Positions 33,128-41,604 of a DNA stretch of 64,000 nt are shown one piece after another (the first letter of the stretch is position 1; each line of letters starts with the position of its first letter). Made by a program: the position numbers and the translations under genes. Origin of the DNA: Candidatus Saccharimonadales bacterium (GTDB taxonomy: Bacteria; Patescibacteriota; Saccharimonadia; Saccharimonadales; JACDFO01); assembly GCA_038255465.1 (NCBI GenBank), contig JBBSLJ010000001.1:54274-118273 (forward strand), read 5' to 3'. The notes below the pieces were generated by a model, which made no database searches, was not told the origin of the DNA, and saw nothing but the letters and a program-made list of their open reading frames with translations.

Positions 33128-34054
33128 TCATTTTAACAATGTGTCTATTAATGCCATTCTTATGTACAAACCGTTCTCGGTTTGCCTAAAATAAGCAGCT
33201 CTTGGGTCATGATCCACGTTAGGATGAATCTCGTCAGTTCTAGGTAATGGGTGCATAATAATTGCCTGCTCAGGGATCACCTGTAAAGCAGCTTGATCTA
33301 TAACAAACTGGTCTTCAATATTCGGGTTAATCCCCAAAGCCTCCAATCGTTCCCTCTGAATCCGAGTCCAATACACCACGTCAGCTACATGTATAGCTTC
33401 GAACATATCTTCAGTCACAGTGTACGAAACACCTTTATCCTCTAGAAAGAGTCTGACTTCATCACCTATTTGTAGTTCCGGTACAGATACAAAACTTATG
33501 TGATTATCATCGTAAAGTGCTAGCATCTGGGCAAGCGAACGAGCCGTACGCCCGCCCAATAAATCACCACCAATGACAACATTTAGCCCACTCAGACGTT
33601 CTTTCTCGCGTTTGATAGTATAAAGATCCAACAAAGCCTGTGTAGGGTGTTCGCCGTTGCCATCACCTGCGTTTATGATCGGTACACCGCTAACCGAAGC
33701 GGCGCGATCTGCAGAACCAACTTCTTTGTGTCTAAGCACAACGATATCAGCATAACCGTCCAATACCTGAACCGTGTCTTCGATTGTCTCACCCTTCACG
33801 GCTGATGAGAATTCTCCTGCGTTTTCTGTACTCAAAATACCCAGCCCGAGCCTTTGTGCGGCCGACTCAAAACTCAAGCGCGTTCTGGTTGATGGTTCAT
33901 AAAATAACGTCGCCAGCATTGAACCAACATGGCGTCCAGCTAAGTCTTGTCTTGATTCTCTATCTGATAGCAGCTCGCGCATATCATCAGCTTCTTGGAA
34001 AATTTCCGATAATGACTCAGGCGTAAATTGTTTTGCAGATAAGACATGTCTCAT
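33128..34054 (-). CDS. pyrB: aspartate carbamoyltransferase catalytic subunit
   Basis: FYEPSTRTRLSFE, INAGDG..EHPTQALLD, MHPLPR. Confidence 0.95.
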   Translation of the reverse strand: MRHVLSAKQFTPESLSEIFQEADDMRELLSDRESRQDLAGRHVGSMLATLFYEPSTRTRLSFESAAQRLGLGILSTENAGEFSSAVKGETIEDTVQVLDGYADIVVLRHKEVGSADRAASVSGVPIINAGDGNGEHPTQALLDLYTIKREKERLSGLNVVIGGDLLGGRTARSLAQMLALYDDNHISFVSVPELQIGDEVRLFLEDKGVSYTVTEDMFEAIHVADVVYWTRIQRERLEALGINPNIEDQFVIDQAALQVIPEQAIIMHPLPRTDEIHPNVDHDPRAAYFRQTENGLYIRMALIDTLLK

Positions 34055-34269
34055 GATGGCCTAATTGTACGCATCTCGGCATGCATAAACAAAAACGGTT
34101 TCACTTTTCGCTCTTTAGAGCTCGCCAGCATGACTGCACATTCATGAAAGTGAACTTGGGAAAGGATAAAAAATCGGAGCTGGAGGCTCAAAAACGATTT
34201 TTTACCCGGCCTGCTGGCGGGGACAACATTGTCCCCGCCACCCGTGCCGGTCTGTAGATCGTAGACCCG

Positions 34270-34569
34270 CTAGAAACCGATGATGCAGCGAGCTGCGAAG
34301 AAAACGCCGAGGGCGATCAGTATGCAGTTCAAGCTTCGCGCACGGTAACCACTTACAAGATTTATTCCACCCAGCAACACCAGGAACGAAGATGCATGCG
34401 TTGTGAGAATCCTCACCGTAAGGCTGAGATTGCTGTAATCGTACCACCACGTCAGTGGACTCACGATGGTTACGATTACCATCATCATGCTGAAATACAC
34501 GAAGATGACGAAATTCGCCACGGGGGGCAGAGCTGAACTCTCGGTCACTTTTTCAGTGGTTGTGGACAT
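34270..34569 (-). CDS. small GC-rich membrane protein (about 3 TM)
   Basis: 99-aa hydrophobic ORF; upstream TTTACA...TGcTATAGT promoter (-10 at 34650-34655); downstream strong hairpin 34215-34240. Confidence 0.55.
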   Translation of the reverse strand: MSTTTEKVTESSALPPVANFVIFVYFSMMMVIVTIVSPLTWWYDYSNLSLTVRILTTHASSFLVLLGGINLVSGYRARSLNCILIALGVFFAARCIIGF

Positions 34570-34769
34570 GCCTAAACCATCCTTTCAAGGATGACTACAA
34601 GGTGCTACCTTTGGGCGTCAAAGGCCAACGTCTATTGCTAGATTAAATTACTATAGCATGTATTGTTTTTTTGTAAAGGTTTAACTTCTTACCCACAACG
34701 CAAAATTTAGTATAATATTTATATTACATATTATTGATGTTTGTTCTATAAGATTGTATAATTTGGTTC

Positions 34770-36530
34770 ATGGAACTTCATACATCTGGCACCAATCCTG
34801 AACATTTTAATACCCGGAACGTGTCACGACCGGCAAGCGAATTATTGCTTGATTATGAATTGGCACGTACTGCCTGGCCGTATGAGAGTAGCTCTTACCC
34901 GGAATTTTTAACTCAGATCGACGAGCGATCAATGCAATCTGCTCTGATAAATGATGTTATTAGCCAGATTCCTAGCCCCACAATGGCAGTCGATGAGGCT
35001 GTTGAACAAGGTCACGTATCAGAGATGCAAGCAGGTGATTTGTACGACAACCTAGCAGCTGTTTTGGGGAATGACGATTATATGCGCCTTGCGCTGTACC
35101 TGCCGCTTGAACTCTTGCCAGACAGCGGGTGGGTACCCGAGACCAATGATCTTTCGGATGCTATTAATTGCTTTAAACAAAGCTACATGCGTGCGTGGTA
35201 TAGTCTGCTAACAGTTCAAGATGTACGAGCGAATTTTGTCGACGGTGATGTTTTAGAGCCCGAGCTCAGAACCGGCGATCTGCCGAGAGTAATCAAGGCC
35301 GTTCATCTTATTCCTACGTTAGTTGCACGCGGTTTAATTTCGCTCGACCACATACAAGAATTGTTGAGTACTAGCGATGATCCTCTTTTAAAACAAAACC
35401 TTAAGGACATGTTGGACGTCATTGCTGGCACCGAGCAAACCTCTCAGATTGAGCCCCAGCGCCGGTCAGAGGGTGTGATAACCGAAAGAAGACAGGCTTG
35501 GTTGGATCAAAAAACAATAAACGAGGCTATAGAAACACAGTCCGAGCGTTTAATTAGCGAACTAACCGAGCATCCAGACGCTTACGAATCGCTGTCAGGA
35601 CTTTTAACATCCACTAACATGACGTCAGTACTTGTTGGCATTGAGGCAGTGCGCAAGATTGTATTACAGTCTGAAGATCCTTTAAGCAAATATAAGCTAT
35701 ACGAGCCGTTACTGGTTGGATTATGGCAGGCGCCTGATCAAGACATCAAAGAACGATTAACAAAATCATTCCGACATTTTTTTAGGCAAGGCATTATGGA
35801 CAATGAATCAGTAACCTCGCTGGGGGTACAATTACCCAACCCAGCAGGACTATTATCTGAAAACATGCGGCTGATTCCCACAGAAATCGAACAGCTAAAG
35901 AATGTTGCACACCGAATTGAAGCAGACCCTTGGATTTCGCGGTACGTATACCCTGTGATTGCTTTTGGAGGTTCTAAACTAAAAGGCTACGGCGAGGAAA
36001 GTTCTGATATTGATACTTGTATATTCATACGGCCCAACACGGCCGAAGACACAAAAAAGCAGCTTAGATTACGCTTGAAAGCTATTTTTGAAGCAGAGGG
36101 CCAACTTGAGGAACCTATTGAATTTTGGCTAGAGGAAGCGGGCGAACATTTAAGTGTTCGAAGATCAGAAGAGGGCGATTCACATACGGCTGATGCCTAC
36201 TGGACGCACTTACTGTTTAATGCGGCATGGATTGGTTCGCTTGCAAATACCAACACGTTAAGAGAGACCTTACTAAGCAGCTATTTTTATACTACGGAGG
36301 CTCGTGAATTAGATATGAGCGAACGCAAGTTATATCTCGAGCGAATGGAGCAGGATGCGCTGCAATATCGGTTACTCCACAAAGGATATGCAAAGCATTA
36401 TCCACCACATAGTACTAAAGGATTACCGCAGTCAGCCGCGATTGATAGCCAAAGTGTTTTTTGGGATGCTGGCTACCGCCGCCTAGCAACAAAGTTATTT
36501 TTAGAACGCGTATTCCTGCCTAAATTATAG
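34770..36530 (+). CDS. large protein with C-terminal Pol-beta-type nucleotidyltransferase motif
   Basis: IAFGGSKLKGY...SDIDTCIF (hG[GS]x9-13DxD); helical N-terminal half; TATAAT 7 nt before ATG. Confidence 0.6.
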   Translation: MELHTSGTNPEHFNTRNVSRPASELLLDYELARTAWPYESSSYPEFLTQIDERSMQSALINDVISQIPSPTMAVDEAVEQGHVSEMQAGDLYDNLAAVLGNDDYMRLALYLPLELLPDSGWVPETNDLSDAINCFKQSYMRAWYSLLTVQDVRANFVDGDVLEPELRTGDLPRVIKAVHLIPTLVARGLISLDHIQELLSTSDDPLLKQNLKDMLDVIAGTEQTSQIEPQRRSEGVITERRQAWLDQKTINEAIETQSERLISELTEHPDAYESLSGLLTSTNMTSVLVGIEAVRKIVLQSEDPLSKYKLYEPLLVGLWQAPDQDIKERLTKSFRHFFRQGIMDNESVTSLGVQLPNPAGLLSENMRLIPTEIEQLKNVAHRIEADPWISRYVYPVIAFGGSKLKGYGEESSDIDTCIFIRPNTAEDTKKQLRLRLKAIFEAEGQLEEPIEFWLEEAGEHLSVRRSEEGDSHTADAYWTHLLFNAAWIGSLANTNTLRETLLSSYFYTTEARELDMSERKLYLERMEQDALQYRLLHKGYAKHYPPHSTKGLPQSAAIDSQSVFWDAGYRRLATKLFLERVFLPKL

Positions 36531-36543
36531 GTATAAAAAGAAA

Positions 36544-36630
36544 AGAGGGCCCTCAAGCAAAAACGTAAAAACGTCATGCGAGGACCCTTAGGGGTCCAGG
36601 TGCAGTCACGAATGACTGCCCCTGGACCCC
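36544..36630 (-). terminator. tandem hairpins / terminator at the 3' end of the GC-rich operon
   Basis: ggggtccagg-t-gcagtca-cgaa-tgactgc-c-cctggacccc (36591-36630; UUCG loop on minus strand), then an agggtcctc...gagggccct stem followed by a U tract. Confidence 0.7.
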
Positions 36631-36654
36631 GGGTGGGGTTACGACCTCAAGGGC

Positions 36655-37854
36655 CTAGAGGCGGCTGCCTCCAATGCCCGAGATCTTGCGACCCCCTCCG
36701 CTCAGCTGAGCCCAGTCGATCTGAGCACCGAGCATTTGCAGAGCTCCGAAGTACTGGAGCTCTTCGTTGCCGGCAGGCTGGTCGTCTGCCTGCATCAGAC
36801 CGAGGACGTACCTGGTGAGGTTCGTCTCCAGCCGGGGATAGGTGGCGCTGACGTTGGCACCCAACAGCTTGAGCATCTGCTCGCGGTTGGGCGCACCGAC
36901 TAGCGCCGGAAGGCGCGGGTTTTCCAGCGACTTCTTGATCTCGACCGCCTCATAGGCGAGAGCAGCCGCGATCTGAGCACCAGTGCCGGCGAAGATGCGG
37001 TTGACGGCATCGTTCACGGCACTTGCGTGGTCCCGCAGAACACCCGTTTCGGGTGGCTGCATCATGCCCGGAGGCAAGGCCATACCTCCAGCACCACCCG
37101 ACAGCAACGATGCCATGAGCACCGCCGGGTTGGCGACGCCTTGCATCCAAGCCTCCTGCCACGCCTTCAGCTGGTTGCTGAAGTCCTGGATGGCCGGCCA
37201 CAGCAGGTTGTCGATCCGCTTGAGCAGCTCCTTCTTCCGGCCCTCGGTGACGTAGTTTCCCGTCAACCCAGGGATCGCCGAGAAGATGTCGCCGTAGCTA
37301 CGGCGCGTCAGCTGCTCCCGCAACGGGAAGTAGATCGCCGGATCCACCTGCTCTTCGTTGGTGTCGGCGAACTTCTCCATCAGGGCCACCAGCTTGCCCG
37401 GGATTTCGTACAACCCGACCTGGTATGCCAAGGCCGCCCTGATGGCCGAGATGACGGTCGATTGGTCGACCTTCAGCACACCACCGGTTCGCAGAGCCGA
37501 CAGCCACGAGGCATCATCGGGCACCGACGGCAGGATGTCGAAGGCCGCGGCTCCCAGAGCAGCCGTGTCAGGCACGGGTGCCACCGGGGCGAAAGCAGCG
37601 ACCAGCTTGCGGGCCGGAACCACCTTCATGCCGACCTCGAGCAGGTCCTTCTCGGCCAGCGTGGCCAGGTCGTCCACCGTCGTGACGCCCAGCTCGTCCT
37701 TGATCTTGGCGATGATGTCGAGACCGACACCGTGCTCCAAGAGCCTGGCTGTCACCAGGTCAGGTGCTGTGGTCGCCGAAGCGGCCACGACGGGCGGCGG
37801 GTCAGCAGGAGCTGTGGGCTCCGGCGGAGGGGTTGCAGCAGTGTCATCTGCCAT
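36655..37854 (-). CDS. hypothetical protein with Pro/Ala-rich N-terminus and SAM-like domain
   Basis: LGVTTVDDLATLAEKDLLEVGMKVVPARKL resembles a SAM helical bundle; long helical C-region; GC-rich codon usage. Confidence 0.75.
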   Translation of the reverse strand: MADDTAATPPPEPTAPADPPPVVAASATTAPDLVTARLLEHGVGLDIIAKIKDELGVTTVDDLATLAEKDLLEVGMKVVPARKLVAAFAPVAPVPDTAALGAAAFDILPSVPDDASWLSALRTGGVLKVDQSTVISAIRAALAYQVGLYEIPGKLVALMEKFADTNEEQVDPAIYFPLREQLTRRSYGDIFSAIPGLTGNYVTEGRKKELLKRIDNLLWPAIQDFSNQLKAWQEAWMQGVANPAVLMASLLSGGAGGMALPPGMMQPPETGVLRDHASAVNDAVNRIFAGTGAQIAAALAYEAVEIKKSLENPRLPALVGAPNREQMLKLLGANVSATYPRLETNLTRYVLGLMQADDQPAGNEELQYFGALQMLGAQIDWAQLSGGGRKISGIGGSRL

Positions 37855-37892
37855 GTTTGTTTCTCAACTTTCTCTCATGTTGGGTGGGATTT

Positions 37893-39275
37893 TCACTTGC
37901 AGAGCTTGTCAAGCTCGGTTGCCCCGAACGAAACCATCCTGGTTGGCACTCCGACCAATTCATCGACTACTCCCGCACAAACGCCGAATAGGCCGTCTTT
38001 GCTTGCGGTAGTAGCGATTGGGATGGATGTGATTTCGGGCTGACAGTCTAGCAGCCTTCGGCCAAGAGCCGTTTGATGCTCAAGGCTTGGGCGCTCATTC
38101 ACCAGGATTTCTCCTGAGGACGAAAAGAATGCGGAGTCATCCGTACCTTCGTACCTGTTGCAGAATTTCCAGATCTCGTTAATTTGGATCTGGTCAAACC
38201 ACGTGATGGCTAAGCCGTCGAACGCACTCGGTCCGCCACATGCCTCAAGAGCATATCGCAGCAGTACGAGGTCAAGCGGACCGACACGAACTTTGCCTTG
38301 GTAACGGTTTTCGTCTTTGTTACTGCCAGGCAGCAGACGTTCCGCTACTCTCGGGTCGGCGGTTGGCATTGGGCCAGCGCCATGCCTGACAGCGTAGGCG
38401 CGGGTTACCCCAATGTTCACTACCTGATCTGCAAAACCGGCGTCCTCGAGCATGCTATGCGTGAAGCGTGGCAGTGTCCGAATAGCGCTGGTATGCGGAT
38501 GAAACCCTATCAAGCGATCCGTGAGCACACCGTGCGACGTTTCCACGACTGCCGCGCCTTCTCTGGAAAGTATTTCATCTCCAAAAAATTCGTGGCCGAC
38601 GATCCTCGCCAGACTGCCCGCTTCATAAAACCGCATGACGACGTAGTCCAAAAACGCGTCGTTGTACAGAAGCTCTATCTCCTCCATAGCCGAATCTTGA
38701 TCGCCGGCAAGAAACTCACCGTCGACTATCGGCTGGAGGTCAGCCCGAATGCGATCACGAACAGTTGCCATCAGCTCTCGCAGATCAGGACGTTTCAAGT
38801 CCTTCGCCTTGATAGCTAACTCCGGCACTCGTCCGTAATCCCGATAGGCCTCACCGACGCCGGTGCCTATCGTCCCTCGCGGATTGTCACCCCTCGCCAT
38901 TTCTTTTAGGCGGGAAGCGATGCCGTGGAAGGGCGTGGCACACAATGCTTCTTCGTCCACCGTCAGTAGACTAAAAACATCATGGATACCATGATGGTAT
39001 CTCAGCGCGTCGGCTTCATTGAGTAATCCCTCCGGAGAGACAATCATCTGCTCCGAAAGGTGCGTTGGTATGCCTTCGAAAGTTCCGCACCCCCATTGGC
39101 TAAAAGCGAACTTCTCGCCTCTGGAAGTATGGACGCCGTGGCTTCCCTGGGCTCCACCTCGTTTGATGACGGTGTGGGCACGCATCATCGTTGCGATTTT
39201 GTGCACCACACCGCCTTTGCCACCGTCACCTGGCCCTAGATCGGTGACAACGTAAACCTTGCTGGTCATCGTCAT
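37893..39275 (-). CDS. adenylosuccinate-synthetase-like (PurA-fold) ligase, divergent
   Basis: GDGGKG P-loop, RGGAQGSH, RGTIGTGVGEAY, RAYAVRHGAGPMPT, VSFG; aspartate-binding TTGRxR loop replaced by NRYQGKVR. Confidence 0.85.
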   Translation of the reverse strand: MTMTSKVYVVTDLGPGDGGKGGVVHKIATMMRAHTVIKRGGAQGSHGVHTSRGEKFAFSQWGCGTFEGIPTHLSEQMIVSPEGLLNEADALRYHHGIHDVFSLLTVDEEALCATPFHGIASRLKEMARGDNPRGTIGTGVGEAYRDYGRVPELAIKAKDLKRPDLRELMATVRDRIRADLQPIVDGEFLAGDQDSAMEEIELLYNDAFLDYVVMRFYEAGSLARIVGHEFFGDEILSREGAAVVETSHGVLTDRLIGFHPHTSAIRTLPRFTHSMLEDAGFADQVVNIGVTRAYAVRHGAGPMPTADPRVAERLLPGSNKDENRYQGKVRVGPLDLVLLRYALEACGGPSAFDGLAITWFDQIQINEIWKFCNRYEGTDDSAFFSSSGEILVNERPSLEHQTALGRRLLDCQPEITSIPIATTASKDGLFGVCAGVVDELVGVPTRMVSFGATELDKLCK

Positions 39276-39296
39276 CCCCTCTCTTGGGATAGATGC

Positions 39297-40415
39297 TTAG
39301 AGCCAGGTTGGCCCTTCGCTCGTGTCGAGAACTGGGTCGGTCTCCGCCTGCGCGACCTCGTCCTGGCTGATGGGCCAGAGATCGGTCTTGCTACGGAAGA
39401 GGTCGCCCTTCTGCGGCACGCGGATGTCCTTGCGGAGTGCCGCTTGCGCGCCGATGGGGATGTTGGCCACCGAACGAGCGATGCGCTGGGCATCGGAGGC
39501 ACTGACGTTGTTGGTCGTCAGGAAGTCGATCACCTGGTCCAGGCTGAGCGTGCCCTCGGTGAGGCCGATGATGGTGGCCTGCACCTGCGGCAGCAGCCTG
39601 GTGTCCGGCAACACGATGACGCGGTCACCACCGAACACGTTGGTCCAGAATCTGGACGTTGACGAACTGCTCCCGACTTGCAGGAAGAAGGCATGCGCCC
39701 GCTTCAGCAGGTCAGCAACGACCTCCTTGGTCGTTGGCAAATCGTTGGCGTCGATTTGGAAGCCGTTGGCAGCAACCTTCTCGAACACCTCATTGCCGAA
39801 GACCCGCTTGAGCTGCTTCTCGCTCAACTGATCCCGTGCCGGAGCGTCAGAAATGGTGAAGTCGAAGCCCTTGAGACCAATGCGGTTGATGTACGCATTG
39901 ACGAGGTAGGCGCCGCCGAAGAGTCCGTAGTGCGGATCCTCCTCTACGTCGGCTCCTGCCCGCTCCGGCACCATCAGCGTCAGTTGCTCGACGATCTTCT
40001 CGGCGAGCATCTCGAATTGCGGCCGACAGAGCACGAAGCGGTCTCGGACGTCACCGAATATGCCGGTGGCCATGTGCAGGTCGTAGCCCGGAAGCACGCC
40101 GCTGCAGAGGTCGTAGGCATCCGGCAAAACACCGATTGCCACATCGACGTTGCCTCCCATGCTGCCGGTGGTGTCCAAACGCGTCTCAACCGGCATGGAA
40201 GTGCCGATTGTCAGCTCGTACAGCCCGTTCGGGAGCTGCTCAAAGCGCAGACGCGACGGACGGACAACGCCGTACTCCGCCGGGTCAACCAGCGGGTTCA
40301 GCTTGCCCGTATCGCGAGCCTTCTGCTCGGCTGCCCGGGTCGCAGGACCGCTAGGCGGTACGTACGCTCTAGATGCCGAGGCATAGGACGCCCTTGTAAA
40401 AGTATCTCTTCCCAT
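39297..40415 (-). CDS. vWA-domain protein
   Basis: MIDAS-like LDTTGSMG, GIFGD, FTISD; N-terminal MGRDTF..ASY extension. Confidence 0.8.
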   Translation of the reverse strand: MGRDTFTRASYASASRAYVPPSGPATRAAEQKARDTGKLNPLVDPAEYGVVRPSRLRFEQLPNGLYELTIGTSMPVETRLDTTGSMGGNVDVAIGVLPDAYDLCSGVLPGYDLHMATGIFGDVRDRFVLCRPQFEMLAEKIVEQLTLMVPERAGADVEEDPHYGLFGGAYLVNAYINRIGLKGFDFTISDAPARDQLSEKQLKRVFGNEVFEKVAANGFQIDANDLPTTKEVVADLLKRAHAFFLQVGSSSSTSRFWTNVFGGDRVIVLPDTRLLPQVQATIIGLTEGTLSLDQVIDFLTTNNVSASDAQRIARSVANIPIGAQAALRKDIRVPQKGDLFRSKTDLWPISQDEVAQAETDPVLDTSEGPTWL

Positions 40416-40441
40416 TGTCTGCTGTCCTTTGTTCGGGCCGC

Positions 40442-41254
40442 TTACAGCGGCAGGGTGGTGAATTCAACAAACGTACGCCCCCAGAGCTCTTCGACCAGTT
40501 CATAGAACTGCGCGTGAGCTCTATCAGCCTTGTGTTCACGACGACTTGCCAGGCGCCAAAGGCACTCGACATATCGACCGAACTCCTCACTGTCGTATGG
40601 ATAATTGCCAGTGATAGGATCTCCACCAATGGCAGCAAACACTGCTTTTGCAGCGCCTGCGATATCATCCTTGCGAATTTCCACCGGTATCCCCGTCTGG
40701 TGCATCTGTGCAGACGACCAGTCAAAGACAACGGCGAAATGCTGTTGCGGTTCAAGCAGGATGTTGGCCGCCGTGAGCGAACCAACAGCGATGCCGTCAC
40801 CGTGAGCGAGACCTAGCAGCTTAAGAAGCCTGCCCATAATCCAGGCGCTAGACCTGAGATCAACACGCAGATGGTCTTTGGCCACTAGGTTACTGAGCGG
40901 CACCATCTGCTTTACATCGTCCACTTCCGTGAAAGCCAGGATGTTAACCCGACGGCCACCTTGGTCTTCAGCGATGAAGCCGTCTACCATGAGGGGAAAC
41001 AAACGATCATAGCTAAGCAACCTACCCGAACCGGTCTTAGCGTATTCCGCTTCGAACAGATCGGCTGTTTGCTTCAGTTCCTTCAGGACATACGTAGCCC
41101 TTTCGAGACTGCCGTTGTGTGCTACGCCTGACACGATCTGCAACAGATACGGCTTGTCGTTGTCCACCTCTTGACAGAGATAAACCCGATACAAGTCTGT
41201 TTCTGCGACTTTCGCGCCAACACGATATTTGCACGTACCACTCTCGACGATCAC
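40442..41254 (-). CDS. protein-kinase-like fold protein, probably a pseudokinase
   Basis: WIMGRLLKLLGLAH..GIAVGSLTAANILL...VVFDWS: N and DFG-like D kept, catalytic HxD absent; GTG start after GGAGG. Confidence 0.7.
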   Translation of the reverse strand: MIVESGTCKYRVGAKVAETDLYRVYLCQEVDNDKPYLLQIVSGVAHNGSLERATYVLKELKQTADLFEAEYAKTGSGRLLSYDRLFPLMVDGFIAEDQGGRRVNILAFTEVDDVKQMVPLSNLVAKDHLRVDLRSSAWIMGRLLKLLGLAHGDGIAVGSLTAANILLEPQQHFAVVFDWSSAQMHQTGIPVEIRKDDIAGAAKAVFAAIGGDPITGNYPYDSEEFGRYVECLWRLASRREHKADRAHAQFYELVEELWGRTFVEFTTLPL

Positions 41255-41340
41255 CGGTGCATCACCTCCCTTGTCAGGTACAGTTGAAACTACGGATATT
41301 TATATACATGCGTGATGTATGTGCGTGTATTTGAACCTAA

Positions 41341-41379
41341 TTGTTAAAGAGCTGGTATAACGACCCTTTAGTTAGTGTA
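41341..41379 (-). promoter_or_regulatory. extended -10 promoter followed by boxA-like antiterminator
   Basis: minus strand TGc-TACACT (41374-41379), then GCTCTTTAACAA (41352-41341), matching the E. coli rrn boxA core. Confidence 0.55.
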
Positions 41380-41604
41380 GCATGTACACAAACATTCGTC
41401 ACGTACTTTATTATTACATTTACACTTGTTTAAGTCAATCATTTCACCCCTGTTAAGCACGAGCATTTATCACTATCATTTCATTGCGTAATCGCATTCG
41501 GTTAAAATTGCGATCACCCAATCTTATGACCACATTGATATTTAATCTGCCCACTATGTATGGTCTCATTTGCTTTAAAATCAAATTTTAATTACCATAA
41601 GCGG

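Noticed and set aside
34060-34270. PyrR-type attenuator upstream of pyrB
   Set aside because: No recognisable PyrR binding loop and no pyrR in the window. pyrB has its own -10-like TACAAT close to the ATG, so the hairpins fit the 3' end of the upstream gene better.
37893-39275. PurZ (diaminopurine Z-genome) assignment
   Set aside because: The P-loop keeps Asp (GDGGKG) rather than the Ser typical of PurZ. There is no adjacent DatZ or DNA polymerase, and the MazG gene is 11 kb away in a different context.
37893-39275. Labelling as canonical purA
   Set aside because: The aspartate-binding loop and TKLD motif are altered and the context is non-biosynthetic, so no gene symbol is given.
36576-40816. 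Long plus-strand ORFs (37027..38043, 37358..38011, 39678..40505, etc.)
   Set aside because: Antisense shadows of GC-rich genes with few stop codons; no recognisable motifs.
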